Of a stretch of 64,000 nucleotides of DNA, positions 38,916 through 54,323 are shown piece by piece. The DNA lies in the NCBI RefSeq assembly GCF_009914755.1, contig NC_060926.1; one strand, 5' to 3'. A model generated the notes under the pieces. The model was not told the DNA's origin and made no database searches. It saw only the letters and a program-made list of their open reading frames with translations. A program made the translations under genes and the position numbers. Source of the stretch: the human T2T-CHM13v2.0 reference genome, Homo sapiens. Each line of letters starts with the position of its first letter. Positions within the stretch are counted from its first letter, which is position 1.

Positions 38916-40832
38916 TATGTATCTCTGAATTCTCCTTTGAACTGGACTTAACATCTTACAGATTCCCTCATTAATTAATGTATTAAATAAAATATTTGTG
39001 ACATGTCATTTTATACTTGCATGAGAATCACAGTTCTAACATTTATACTTTAGCAGTCAATTCTGCAGAGTTGCTCCAACAGGCCCAATCTAGATTTGTT
39101 ATTCCAGTTCTTCCAATTATTTTGTAAGTACCTAATTCCCTGTATTAAATTCCATCCTAAAATGGCTAAGGTGGTTTTAGTTACCTGCTACTGCACCCTG
39201 ACTATACCCTGACATTAGCTTAAAATTGAACATTTACTATTTTCCAGATACTGTGTTAAACACTTTACAGATTATTTTATTTAATCGTCACCGCAACTCT
39301 GTGAGGGAGGCAGTATACTCCTCATTTTACAGATGAGGCACTGAGAGTTTAAGAAACTTCTCCAAGACAACCAGGAAGTAGTAGCTGGACTCACACCTAA
39401 GCATACTGACTCTAAAGTCTACTTCCATCCATTACCACTGTGCCAGCACCTATTCTGTTCCACCAAATAAAACAGAAAGAAGGGCATATCTGTCACTAGA
39501 TATGTGTTGACCTAGAAGCTGCGGTGCGGCAAGGAAGTTACAGGTTATAGTCATCCCCTCACTTGTTCTGCCTTCTCTACTCCTAGGACCTTTGATTCAA
39601 TTAGCTGGTTCTCAGAATCCTGGGCATAGCTCAAGCCTGAGTGGCTCTTCCAGACTCTCACCCAACTGAGGAGGTTGGATGATGCGCCATTTTCCGCTGC
39701 AAGCTGAGAAGCACCTCTGCCAAGACCAAGAGGTCTCACTGGTGGAGATGCACTAGAAGTATGTGACTCTGAGGGTCACAGAGCTTGCTAAACAGGCTGT
39801 CTACCATCTTTGGCAAAGGCAGGAAACAATTACACTGTAATAATAGTTATTAATGGCCAGATGTTGCACTAAGTGATTTACATACATTCTCTCTAATCCT
39901 TTCAATAGCTCAGTGGGGTGAGTAGCAGTATCATCCTTTTAAAAATGAGGAATCTTAGGTCTTAGGTTAATTATGGATGCTCTAGGATTTCCTGGATAAT
40001 CACTGAACTCACTAATCAAGGGCTACATATCTGACAAATATTTCAGACATTAAAACATTTGATAATAAAGGAGTCTATGGTATTATTTGTCCACATGTAA
40101 CTGAATAAAGAAACTTGTTAAAGAAAGGAGAATGGCAAAAATGTTATATATTATCCTTCCATTATTAATGCTAGTTTAAAAGCTTGAAATTGACAGGCAA
40201 CTCAGTATTTTCCAACATGCATCACATTAGCTTTTAATTCATTATCTGTCTTTATTTTTTACTGTCTCCTTTCTTGCTATGGTCTTCATTTTATACTGGC
40301 GCTGAAGAGACATCTGAAAGGATTATGCCACCCCACTTTAGTCCCAGGGAATAGAACTACTATGAATTATTGATAGTGTTAGCTTTCTAGTGCTTTAATT
40401 TCACCTCTGTTTCAGACAAGGATATTAGTTAAATGGAATTTTTTATATCACCCCAGGAGCTTACTACACAGGAAATACTGACTGACTTGAATTATTGAAA
40501 AGACAGTCCTATGTTGATTTCCATTTCTACATAGGATGGATTCTTCATACATTCCACTCCCCTATATTTTTGCTTAGTGTTAGGTTAATAGGGCAGTTTT
40601 CAAATGGAGTCCCTCAGAACCCGCGGGATTCCTCAGAGATGCTTGCAGTACAACTGGAGAAGCAAGAGGGCTCGGTGGGATGGTATCTGCAGGTAGACAT
40701 ACACATGAGTGCACACATATGCCCCCAACCATTGCCTTGCTTCAGAGAAAAACTTCACTTGTCTACCGTAAGTATTAAGCCTTTGTGCAAGATTATGTTG
40801 GAAAAAAGGTTTCTTCTCTTCACAAATCTTGA

Positions 40833-41276
<444 letters not shown>

Positions 41277-41898
41277 TCATATGACTAGGCTTGCAGGATG
41301 GACTTGGCCCTCCTGTGGTATTGTAAGAATTACCCCGAATTCTGGGTAAAGCCAGTTACCATGTATATTTATGTAATGAATAAACTCACAAGCGCAAAAA
41401 AATGCAATAATATTGGGGAATGGCACCGATAAATGAACCAATTGCACAAGTAAACTTGGTTCACCTGCTTCTATTCGGGTCATTAGGCCCCTGAATCCAT
41501 AGGCCTCCAATGTTCTTTAAGAGAAGGAATATAGTCATTGCTTGTGTTCTTCAGAAGGGACTACCATGAGTAAAATATTTTCTGAGTTTCTGTAATAAGA
41601 GCAAATATTTCTCTAACTTGCAAAGAGTATTTTAAAATGTGAGGGTTTTGTTTTTTGTGAGTTAATGAGTTAAAAAGTAGCATTCAGGGTTCCTTTCTGT
41701 ATGTGGATGGTATAGGTGCCTAGAAATTGCCCTCCTCCCACGCATGGAAGCTGTAGACCTGAAGAAGGTAGGCAGATGACAAAGGCTCATTCATTCAGTA
41801 TACATTTATTTCTTCGGGGTCGGGGGGTATTTCTTTAAGTTTTATTTTATTTGTAATTGACCTATGATTGTACATATTTATGAATATGTATTTATTGA

Positions 41899-42262
<364 letters not shown>

Positions 42263-43414
42263 GATCCTGCCACCTTCTTAGAATTTGCATTCTGTTGTGG
42301 AGGAGGCATATAATAAACACATAGACAATCACATAAACATAGCAATTACAAAATGTGATCGTTGACATCATGCATGCAACAGAGTAGGGGTGGGGCCCTT
42401 TTCACATAGGGGCAGTCAAAGAGGAGGCCCTAGAACAGCAGAAAGCTAAGTGCATTTTAGAAGGCCACAGCTGGCCTCTCTGCTGGCTTCCAAAGCAATA
42501 AATGCGTGGTGCTTACTGTATTTGATGGCTAAATACATGCCATCTGTACTCAAGAATTAGAATGCTGTGGAAACTCTGAGGGGACCAATAGTTGGTGACT
42601 TCTTGTATAGGAACAAAAAATATGGCACAGTTAATTTATTACACAAATAGATTTTTCCTTAGTTATTTAACATTTATCAGCACTGTGTTTTATTTATTTC
42701 TTAACGCAAAGGTGGGCTGAGGGATAATTAAAAGTAATATACCCAAGATCATTGTCCTTTTCCATTCCATAAAAAAATTGTCTCCACCACTGTTTATGAT
42801 CCTCATCAAACATATAAAAAATGCATCCATAATGAAATCTCCTCTTATATTGTTACTTTATAACTGTTAAAGGCAACATGATTTTTGTAAAGGATAAAAT
42901 AGACTACAAAAATTAGTTTCATTTTCAAAACCTCTACATAAGCATGTAAAATATATTAGAGTGAAGAGGGACACATGGTTATCAAATAACCTGACTTCTA
43001 TCAACAGAAGTTTCCAGTTTACATTATTATTCTTTCATTTTTACTAGATGAACCTTCTTTTTTGTTTTTATAAGCTTATCAGTGGATCACCCTTCTTAAA
43101 TAGAAATACCTGGAAGATATATGCACACAAAACTGATTCAGATTTACCGCAGAAATACTAGATTTCAATGGGACATTCAAGCAAATATAATTCATCCATC
43201 TACCCATCCATCCATTCAATATTTATTGAGTAAGCTAAACTAATAGGTAAAATATGCTGGAACCAGAGCAGTGTATTGTGGTTGTGTTGGCTCCTTGGGT
43301 GGGTGAACACTTTTCCTGTTTTTTTTTTTCATTCTTTTGCACACTTACTGTAGAAATTTTCTGAAAGGCAAGTAGTCAAACTGACTGGATAGCCTAAGAA
43401 ATTTGAAATTATCT

Positions 43415-43730
43415 GGCCGAGTGCAGTGGCTCACACCTGTAATCCTAACACTTTAGGAGGCCAAGGTGGGAGGATCACTTGAGCCCAGGAGTTTAAGACC
43501 AGCCTGGGCAACATACTGAGACTCCATCTCCACACACAAAAAAATTTTTAATTAGCCAGGCATGGTGGCTCATTCCTGTAGTCCCAGATACTTGAGAGGC
43601 TGAGATGGGAGGATAGCTGAAGCTCAGGAGTTCGAGATTACAGTGCACTATTATTGTGCCACTGCATTCCAACCTGGGTGACAAAGTGAGACCCCCATCT
43701 CAACAACAAAAAATGAACAAACAAAAAAAT
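43415..43730 (+). mobile_element. AluJ
   Basis: GGCCGAGTGCAGTGGCTCAC...GAGACCCCCATCTC followed by an A-rich tail. Confidence 0.9.
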
Positions 43731-43789
43731 TATCCAGTCCAGCCAATGTGATAAAATGGACTAACAGAATGAATTTGGGGAAAATAATT

Positions 43790-44545
43790 CAGGAAAAATA
43801 CATGGAGTGGTTTACTGGCAACCCCAAGAAAAAGAGAAACTATTATACTACTAAAGGAGTTCAGTAAGGCATCTGATTACAATACAAGAAATTACTAGTT
43901 TTCCTGTATCTTGTTTAAAAACATAATGATTAAAAAGCATCTTGTTCAAAATAGCAAGAAAAATATGAGTATAAATTTATCAAGAAATATACAGGACCTG
44001 AATTAAACAAACTATAAAATTTTAGTGAGAAACTTAAAGACTTGAGCAAAACTGGAGAAAATTTTCACTCTTGAGGACAAGCTGAAATGTTAGAATTGCC
44101 ACTTTTCTCCAAATTATTTTTAGATTTAAAAGGGGATGTGAAAGGACTGGATGAAATTATGCTAAACTCTAATAGAATGTATGACACAAACACGGACATT
44201 TAAAACTAGAAGAATAATGAGGTGGCGGTATAGGGACTAATGGACATTAAAATATATTCTAAAACTATAATAATTAGAATAGTTTGGTACTGGTTTTATA
44301 TTCTAAAACCATAATAATTAGAATAGTTTGGTACTGGTTTAGGGATTAAGTAAATATATCAATGGTGCCAAATAGAATGCCTATAAACAGACTCAGGCAT
44401 ATGCACAAATTTAGTGTAACAGTTACATTTGGAATCTGTAGAAAAGGATAAATTATTTAGTAAAAGATGCAGGAGGAAATGTCTATTCAAAATTAAGACA
44501 TCTTTTTCATATAAGGCAATCACATAATTCCAGATTTATGAAAGA
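43790..44545 (+). mobile_element. Old L1M ORF2 fragment
   Basis: GGAGTTCAGTAAGG, AACAAACTATAAAATTTTAGTGAGA and AGTTTGGTACTGG. Confidence 0.7.
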
Positions 44546-44961
44546 TTTAAAGGATAAAGCCATACTTTTATATGAAGATGGCATATTTTGAACGCATGCA
44601 TTTGCCTCTGCTCCCTCCTCAACCCTACTTAAGTATCAGTAAAAATGATTTTTAAAAACCCTTAAAAACACCCACAAGGACAAATAACGGGAGATAAAGC
44701 TACAGCAATAAAACCTTGGAAACTAGAAAGCAGATGAGCGGGTGGTAATGCAAATTTGATTGTAAGCATTGCAGGCTACCAAAGCAGAGAAATGGTCCAG
44801 TTAACACAGTGGAAATCCCTCAAGGCTCAGGCTACTGGAAGTGGGCATGAAGGTGGGGCTAAAAATAAAAGCACTGATTCCAAATCTGCTTACTAAGCAG
44901 TTGTGCCCCATGTCACACAGGAGAGCAGCTGCCCTGTCTGCTCAGGCAGAAGCCAGAGTTC

Positions 44962-45255
44962 ATTTGTTTTGAGACAGTCTTACTCACTCTGTCGCCTAGG
45001 CTGGAGTGCAGTGGTGTGATCTCGGCTCATTGCAACCTCTGCCTCCCAGGTTGAAGCGATTCTCTTGCCTCAGCCTCCTGAGTAGCTGGACTTAACGGTG
45101 CACACCACCATGCCCAGCTACTTTTTTTATTTTTTGGCAGAGATGGGGTTTCACCGTGTTGGCCAGGCTGGTCTTGAACTCCTGACCTCAACTGATCCAC
45201 CCACCTCAGCCTCCCAAAGTGCTGGGATTACAGGTGTGAGCCACTGCACCCAGCC
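44962..45255 (-). mobile_element. AluS
   Basis: Full reverse Alu. Confidence 0.92.
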
Positions 45256-45514
45256 AGAGTTTCACTTTTATAGACACAGTTGAAAAAATGATGTAGTGCT
45301 GAAGACAGGGATTCAGTGAAAGTTAATCCCTGGAATGTTGAGGCCTTAACCTTCTTCCCAGATTTTTAAAGCACACATAACCAGACTCATAGCTTCTAGG
45401 CAGGAAATAGGGTGTATCTTCCCTGGAGAATATGACCAGTCCAAGGAAAAAGATATCAAGATACCAACGTCAGAGGCTCCCAGATGCAATGGTCACCCTA
45501 GAAAACCTAAGACT

Positions 45515-45826
45515 GGCCGGGCACGGTGGCTCATGCCTGTAATCCCAGCACTTTGGGAGGCCGAGGCGGGCAGATCACGAGGTCAGGAGTTTGAGAGCGG
45601 CCTGACCAACACAGTGAAACCCTATCTCTACTAAAAATACAAAAATTAGCTGGGCACGGTGGCGCATGCCTGTAATCCCAGTTACTCAGGAGGCTGAGGT
45701 GGGAGAATTGCTTGAACTTGGGAGGCGGAGATTGCAGTGAGCCCAGATTGCGCCGTGGTACTCCAGCCTGGGCGACAGAGCGAGACTCTGTCTCAAAAAA
45801 AAAAAAAAAAAGAAAAGAAAAAAAAG
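45515..45826 (+). mobile_element. AluS
   Basis: 14-bp TSD AGAAAACCTAAGAC (45500-13 / 45825-38). Confidence 0.93.
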
Positions 45827-46481
45827 AAAACCTAAGACCACAGCTCAGCAGTAGGGCAAAAGAGAAATCCATTGCAGATTGGTGGATGGGGAGGCTCACA
45901 CTCCTTCACCCACTCCGGGAAACATCTGACTGAATTGTTAAATCTGCCCTCTGAAATGGATTGTTCCTGCTGAAAAAAACTCTGGCCCAGGCATTGATCC
46001 CAGGCCCCAGTGGTTTGGACCCTGCTTGCAGGACAGGCACCTGAAGAGCACACTGCATTGCAGGCAGGTGTGTTTGCAGGTCCCTGGCCATCTAGACTAA
46101 CTTTAAGGGTCCTCAATGCTCTTTCACAATTCCTTTAACATTTGTCAACTCCTTTAGTGATTATTACACCTTTTCACTTTATTCAATCCCTCAACTCTTC
46201 CTCCACCCCACTTATTCTCATTAAATTACCTTACCTCCCTCACACTGAGAAAATGAAAGCTATCTCATGTGAATGCCTCTCCCTATCCAAATTGCTCTCC
46301 AATTTTTAAAATCCACTGTCTTCTCTTCCATACAGAGAAAATATGTCCTCTTTTCTATACCTAATGAGTCCACTCATCTCTTGATCCTGTTTCTTCTGAC
46401 AGCTCTGGGCCTTGTTCCATCAATTACCACTCCTTTGCTCGAATCTTCAATTCATTCCCTTTGCCTACTTATGAGAGTATG

Positions 46482-46928
46482 TGTAGTGGACACTGATCTA
46501 CCACTCAGATTCCCTTTCAAGATTGAAGGATTCAGTCCCCCAGAAGCCAGGAATGCTGCTGGAAGATGGCCCTTAGCCATCAGCCTTCTTCAGGAATTGC
46601 CTCAGCAGAAGAAAGTCACCTCACTAGAGTTCATGTATTCTTCCCTGGGCAGCTCTCCTCTAACAACTGGGTTAATGTGGGGAATATAAAGACCAGCCCT
46701 CTCACCTTGAGACAACTGTGAAGGGTCTTCCCAGTTTCAGAGCTCCTTAAGTCTTGGCTAAGGTCTTCATTGAGACTGCATCATTGCCCAGCTTCTCCCT
46801 TAGTCCAATCTTGTCTCCTTTCCTTTCCTCGCTTTCCACAAATTGTTAAATGTGACAGCACTCCCTAATTAACTTCCTGCATGCTAATCATCTCAGAGCC
46901 TGTATCCCAGGGTACCCTCCTTATGACA
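46482..46928 (+). mobile_element. ERVL LTR (LTR16-like)
   Basis: TGTAGTGGACACTG...ACTTCCTGCATGCTAATCATCTCAGAGCCTGTATCCCAGGG...TATGACA. Confidence 0.72.
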
Positions 46929-46949
46929 GTATGTTTGTAAGACAAGGAC

Positions 46950-47480
46950 TTTTAATAATTTGTTAGGTAGTACCAAGTTGCCCTTTCAAAAAGCTGTACA
47001 ATTTTGCACTCCCATTACCAATGTAGAAAAGTGCCTCTTTTCCTACACCCTAATTGCCACTACTGGATATTATCAAGCTTTTAAATCTTCCCATTCCATA
47101 AGTGACAGATGGTGGCTTATTCTTGCTTTATTTGTATTTTTAAAAATTATGAGTATGAGTGAGAATGTTTTTACACATTACTTACTGGCTATTTATATTC
47201 CTTTCCCTTTCATTTGCTTGTGTTATTTGCCCATTTTTCTATTGCACGGCCATACATATTGGTAATATACCATATGCCATACGTATATTAATTTTCAAGT
47301 ACCATTTGTATAGTAAGAAAGTTGCAAATAAGTTGTTTCAGTTTGCTGTTTGTTTGGCTTTAAGACTTTCTTCTGGCCATTCAAATGTTTTGCATTTTTT
47401 AAATTTGCTAACATTACCAACATTTTTCCTGTGCTTCTTGGTTTTCTGTCAGGCTTAAATTGGCATTTCCCATTCTAAGA
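46950..47480 (-). mobile_element. Old L1M fragment
   Basis: AAAAGCTGTACAATTTTGCACTCCCA, TTACTGGCTATTTATATTCC and TTTGCCCATTTTTCTATTG. Confidence 0.7.
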
Positions 47481-48389
47481 TTTGGGGAAAAAAACCAAAA
47501 CACTAATGTCTTCCTTAAAACTTAGCTCAAATGTCATTGCTCTCACAAAGATGTCTCTGAGTACCTTGACCAGAGTTAACCCCCCAATTCCCTTCTCCCT
47601 TTATATAATATAAATCACATTGCCTATCATATTCTGCCTTAACATTATGGCCATTTTTATTATTTTCCAAACTCTTCTATTGGAATGTAAGTTACTGAGG
47701 AAAGGAATTCCATTTTAAATCTCTATGTATGCCCTCCAGTATCTAGAATGACTTGCGTAAAGTCCTACTTAAATATTTACTGAATTGTAATAACTAGTAC
47801 TGTTTGATTATGTGGCTCTGACACTAAGGGTGAGTGATTTTATATATATGTATACATACACACGTGTTTGTATATGTATACATATACACGTACATACATA
47901 TATTTCACACTCTTTCTCATTAGACATAAATTTTGTGAAATTTTGTGACTATTTTTTTGCTTGGAGAACTCTTAGTTCTGCCATCTTTAGACCTCAGCCA
48001 CACTTACCAAAGACTGACTGCAAAAACAGCACTTGAGAGTCAGGTCTCAGGGCCTGCCAAGTGACAGGTGACCAGAACACTCCTAGCTGAGGAGGCAGAT
48101 CAGGCAGGGTGGTTCCTAGCAACAGGGGAAGCATATATGGAGCCATGACACAAAGTGGCCATCCTCCCCACAGGGTAAACAGAGCTCAGTCTCCCAACAC
48201 CATGACCATCTGCCCCATCAGTGGCATAGATTCCTCCCAGGCCATACTTTTGGCTGGGGAAGAAGTCCCTGATGATGTTGAGGACAAGATACAGGCAGGT
48301 ATCTCAACTAGGTCAATACATTGAGTTATCAGCTCAGGTGGATTAGTCGTTGCCCAGTTCCTATGCCCAGTAGCCCTAGTCTTGGATTC

Positions 48390-49140
48390 CATGGTTTCAA
48401 TTTCTCCCTTTTCATTCTCTTGAGCCCATTCAAATATGGTTTTCATGCCACCACAACTGCTCCTGCTCCTGCCAAAGTCACAGGTGACATCGACGTTGCT
48501 AAACACAATGGCCAGTTCTCATTTCTCACCTCACTGGCCCTGCCAGCAGCATTGGCCTGGTGGATCCCTCTCTACTTCCTGAGGGCTTGATTGGGCTCCC
48601 TGGGCACCAGTTTTTCCTCATACCTCACTGGATGCTTCCTTCTCTGCCTTTCCTGGTTCTTCCTCTGCTTCCTGAGCACTTCACATTGGAGAACCCCCAA
48701 AGTACAGTCATTGGACCTATCTTTTCTATCTAGATTCATTTTCTTGATGATCCCAGCCAATCTTATAACTTTCGATACTTTCTATCTGCTGACAAATTCC
48801 AAATTTTATATCCTCTAACCAGACTCATAGGTCCAACTGCCTACTCACCATCTCGCTTTGGATGTCTAACAGACATCTCAAATGTAACATTCCAAAACTG
48901 AGCCTCTGATCTTCCCCTTCCCCCAAAATCTGCTCCTCTCACAGTCTCTCCATTTCAGTAAATGACAACCCTATCCAACTAGTTACTCACACCAAAAACT
49001 CTGGTGTCATCCTTCACTCCTCTCCTTTTCTCACACCCACATTCAATCTGTCAGCAAATCTACTTTTACTATACCTTCAAAATATACTCAGAATCTGAAT
49101 CCTCCTGACAACCACTCTGCTAACCACCCTGTGCAAGTTA
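48390..49140 (+). mobile_element. L2 fragment
   Basis: TCCAACTGCCTACTCACCATCTC, GGATGTCTAACAGACATCTCAAA and GTCATCCTTCACTCCTCTC. Confidence 0.85.
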
Positions 49141-49276
49141 CTATCTCTTAAGTGTCTCTCTTTTCTCATCAATAACTGGGGGCAATAATAGCCTATGACT
49201 TACAGGGTTCTTGTGTGGAATAAAAGATAAGACATGTAAAGAACTTAGCATAGTGCCGAACAAATTGTTAGTGCTT

Positions 49277-49588
<312 letters not shown>

Positions 49589-50877
49589 TTAATAAATTTT
49601 AGCTTTCATTATTTGTGGCGTCAGTTTTCTAGGAGGTTTCAAGAAGACGTGGCTAGTAAAGTTGAAGCTATCAGTTCCTTTTCATAAGAACTGAGTTTTT
49701 TCTTCAACACATGAAATTTTCATTTTAAAGGTTTTACCTAAATGAGCTAAAGAGAAAGAAGTCCAAACTAATCTCACCCAGTAAAACTGTCACAGATAAG
49801 ATCCAAATAAAGGGTTAAAAAGCACAATAGCAATTTGAATCATTGGAATTCTTCTCTATAAAAGTAATTTTCAGCTAACCTAGAAAATATTTTAAATCTA
49901 AAGTTATATAAGATTGTCACATATCATACTGCATAGCTGTCTACAGCCCTAGCTTCACAACCTGAAATAATTTGGGGATATGAGGAAACTCATAGGATGT
50001 TTCTACAACAGCAACTGAGATAACAGCCATCATTTGTATAAAACAGCCTTGTTTTATAAACCTAAAGTCCCAGCTAATTAGTAATAGGTAGAAAGATTCT
50101 GGAAAATCCTCAGTGTTATCTGAGATGTCAGCAATATACAATAGGCCTGAACTATATAGGAAATATCTTGGGTAAGTGACCTAATGCATAAATTAGATGT
50201 GTGGATATCACTAATAAGATAAACCATTGCACTAAATAAGAAGAAAAATATTTCAGAGCATTCAACTTGTCCTTTAATGCAATCACTTTGTTAATATATG
50301 TGGTAAGAAACAGTATTTGAATAGATAAAAGTAGATGAGCATTTTTTCTTAATATTTTTCAAAAATTATGTTTCTTCTTTATTCTTTAAGTATGGATCTC
50401 TTTCATTATATATATGTCTGTGTGTGTGTGTGTGTGTGTAGAGATATATGTATCTCTCTATATACACATAAATACATGAAACATCTACCACGTGCTGAGT
50501 AATGAGGAAACAATAGTGAATTGTTTTTATTACTAAGCTCCTTATAAAAATATTTTGATCGTTTTGAGTATAAGAGCCAGGTAACAGTGGCCTTGGAGTG
50601 TTTTAAGTTGGCGGGTGGGGGAGATAACCCTAATATAAAATCATCAGGAATTGACTGTGCTTAATTTATTAGATTTTCTTCATCTGTATTTAATTATACA
50701 TTATACTCTGTGGTATTCTTAGAGTGATATATACAATGTAAACAAATTTAAATATCACATATATGCAAAAATTACTTAGTAAAGGTAAACTCCCATTAAT
50801 ACCTACTGTGGGCTCATTTTAGCTGATCCATGTATACTTTGTATGCTAATTTTATTTATTTATCTGTTTTTTTATAG

Positions 50878-50992
50878 GAAGTCCTGGCTGAGCAAGGTTG
50901 GAAGCCCTAGTTCTCGCATTGACCGCACAAACTTTTCTAATGAAAAAACCATCTCTAAGCTTGAATACTCTAATTTTAGTATTAGATACTAA
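50878..50992 (+). CDS. ACYP2: Terminal coding exon of acylphosphatase 2 (muscle type): (M)[37 protein letters not shown]
   Basis: Branch-like GCTAAT (50845-50) and a U-rich tract precede the acceptor TTTATAG|G. The phase-2 frame translates to the recognisable acylphosphatase C-terminus (GSPSSRI...FSIRY) and ends TAA TAG. Confidence 0.95.
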
Positions 50993-51465
50993 TAGAAGAG
51001 AAAAATTGTAACACACTGAACAATAGATACTGTATGTTCTTAAGACTATGTATACTAGAATAATAGTAGCAGAGTAGGGTGAAAAGGAACTTTCTGTTCT
51101 GAAAGCTAAGCGACTGTACGTGCTACTAAAAATGTCTGACACTGAAATAATTTTACTCAACTATGTTTTCAACAAGCAAAAATATAGTATTCTAAGATTA
51201 AAATGTCATTACAAAATATTTAGTGTGAACATTTAATTTAAACTTGTCTCATGGAATCTTTAATTTCAATGAACATTACAGCATATATATGTTATTTGGC
51301 GAGACATCAAATAAAGTTAACCATTTAAAAATTATTTTCATATACTGTTGTCTATGTTGAATTATAAAATCCTCTGAATAATTTGTTACTACGGTTATTT
51401 GTTATTAAACTCTTCAAAAAGAACCAGTGATTAGAAATAAATGTGATGATCAATATAACCATAAA
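50993..51465 (+). terminator. ACYP2: ACYP2 3'UTR with tandem poly(A) signals
   Basis: AATAAA at 51310-15, followed by GU-rich TGTTGTCTATGTTG. A second AATAAA lies at 51436-41. ATTTAATTTA occurs at 51231-40. Confidence 0.75.
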
Positions 51466-53723
51466 ATATTATCAACAAAGAGTTTTAAAATTCTGGTTAA
51501 TGTGAACATTATTTGGTTGGAGCTACTTTAATGCCTTCTATATTGTTGTGTGCAGTGAACATTCAGGCTGAATGATGGTGGCTAACAAGAACTCGCAATT
51601 TCAGTATAGCAAGCAGCAAGATTTTCAACCACCACCCACAATAGATGTCCTATTAACCAGAAAAGAAACCGAGAGTCTAAATGAATCCATACAATACTGT
51701 CCCCTAAACTTGGCCTATCTCTTGGGAAGCTTCACATGTAACTGATAAAGCAATGGAGAATTTAAAGGGGAAGGTTTTTTCTATAGCATAAAATGATAAT
51801 GTTAAAAAAGGAAGACCTTTAATGAAAAACACTGGGGAATTTCAAGTGTTGTAGGCATATACTTGCACATATTCCATGATTTTCAAACTTTTTATATCAA
51901 TGGAATCCTTCCTTAAACCAAAATTTTATATAGAATTGAATACGTAAGTTTTTAAAAAAAGCAAAAACAAAGCACAGCTGGTGAAAATAAAGTGGAGATG
52001 GGCGTCCCCAGAGCCTTGCATACTTGGTGTCCCTTTCTCTACTTGGACAGTTTCAAATACCTTGCTAGTACACTTTGAAAACTACTATTCTATCTAAGGA
52101 ACAAATCTCTATTGCTATCCTCCATGGCCTGGAGAACGAATGCAGGCCTCTTTCTCTTCTACCTATGCAAGATAAGAAATGAGGAGAGATGAAGGGGGCG
52201 GGGGTGAGTTTGTTCATTGGAAAGGTTAACTCCTTGATGATAATATTGTTATCAAATGTATATAAAACAACACAACATTAGGGAATGACTTTCCAAATAA
52301 AGGACTAAAGAACTTTCCTATTATTCTAATACCATCATCATGTTAAGTATTACATGTTTCAAATGTCACGCAGGAGAAGCTATTGAGATGTTCTTTTGGA
52401 TTTTGCTCTCCTTCTGTTTCCCCACTCCTGATTCAAGAAAGGTTGACAAGTCTTTGTGTTCCCTTATTTCAGGGGAAGCTTTGGGTGCCAGATCCCCCTG
52501 AAGACAACCTTTCTTCCAAAATTTCATTTTAAAGAGGGCATTATCCTGTGAGTTGAGGAGAAAGACAAATGCTGGGCTTTTAGGGGGTAAAAGAGAAGCA
52601 GAAGTTGTGAGAGCCAAAGAAGACAAGGAGATTATCCAAGACTTTGGAAAGGAACCAAAGGCTGTGGATTACCCAAGTCATGGAGACCTGCACCTTTCTC
52701 CCCAGTGGCACCTCTACCTATAGCTAAACCTGAAAGGGAAGCAGCTGTAGTTCCCAGAGAAGCTAGATCCCAGGCCCAGGGGCTTCCAGCATTAGCAGGA
52801 TTCCTGTCCCCAAAAATGCTTCAAAGCATCCTACAAACACCAGGGTGGTTACAAGGGACCATGGTGGTTTGAACAGTGATCATAGCAATTGGTATGCGCT
52901 GGACACCGAGAGGTATTTCCTTAATGTTTTCTCTGCATATAACCCTTTGCATGCTGCTTCTGAGAGAGGGAACAAAGCACCAGGGATGACTAAGATATCC
53001 ACCTCCAGACAGGATGAGGCTTGAAGCAGGCTCGCTTTGATTTGGAGAAAATAAAATAGACATTTTTTTCACCCACAAGTTTGAAAACAAAACCTCTATC
53101 TCTCCACACATAGAAAGGCTAAGTGATTGAAAAAAATGTATGATCTCAGAAGTGACACCAATATGTTACTTCTTATTATCCTGATATCCTTTGGTAGCTC
53201 CCTTCCCAGCTTTCTTCATAAGAAAATCACACTTCACTAGAACAATCTTCTAACTGCACAAAGTGAATCACACTAGTCAAGATTGCTTAATGATTAGTAC
53301 ATAACTAAATTCTATTACTTGATGAAAAATGTAGATAATGATTGAAAAATAGGTGTTCAGGAGTGGGTAGAAAGCAAGAGAAATCAGGATAAAGCAATAT
53401 AAAAATATGTTATGGGGACCAGGTAACACATCTCAACGGTAAACTTGTCAAATTTCATGTTGAATTTACACAGTGAATTTTTAATTTACATACATTTTAG
53501 GTAACAAATTTTGATACATTTATTTGTATCAGAATTAGACATTTTAGAAACCAAGAAAAAATTAAGCAAAAACTGGATACCTACATTTCAGTGACTATCA
53601 ACCTGCGATCTCAACACTCCATGTGCCCATGCTGTTCCCCTCAAGATGCAACATATCAGAATTAGGGGAGAAGTGTGATTTCTAAAATCATATTATTTTT
53701 CACACTTATACAAAAATATCTAT

Positions 53724-54323
<600 letters not shown>

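Noticed and set aside
46273-46689. 138-aa ATG-initiated ORF
   Set aside because: It spans an L2-like fragment and an LTR16-like element and has no domain.
48112-48123. RFX X-box-like GTTCCTAGCAAC
   Set aside because: It is a single imperfect motif with no supporting context.
50852-51160. 102-aa minus-strand ORF
   Set aside because: It is the antisense shadow of the real plus-strand ACYP2 exon and has a non-ATG start.
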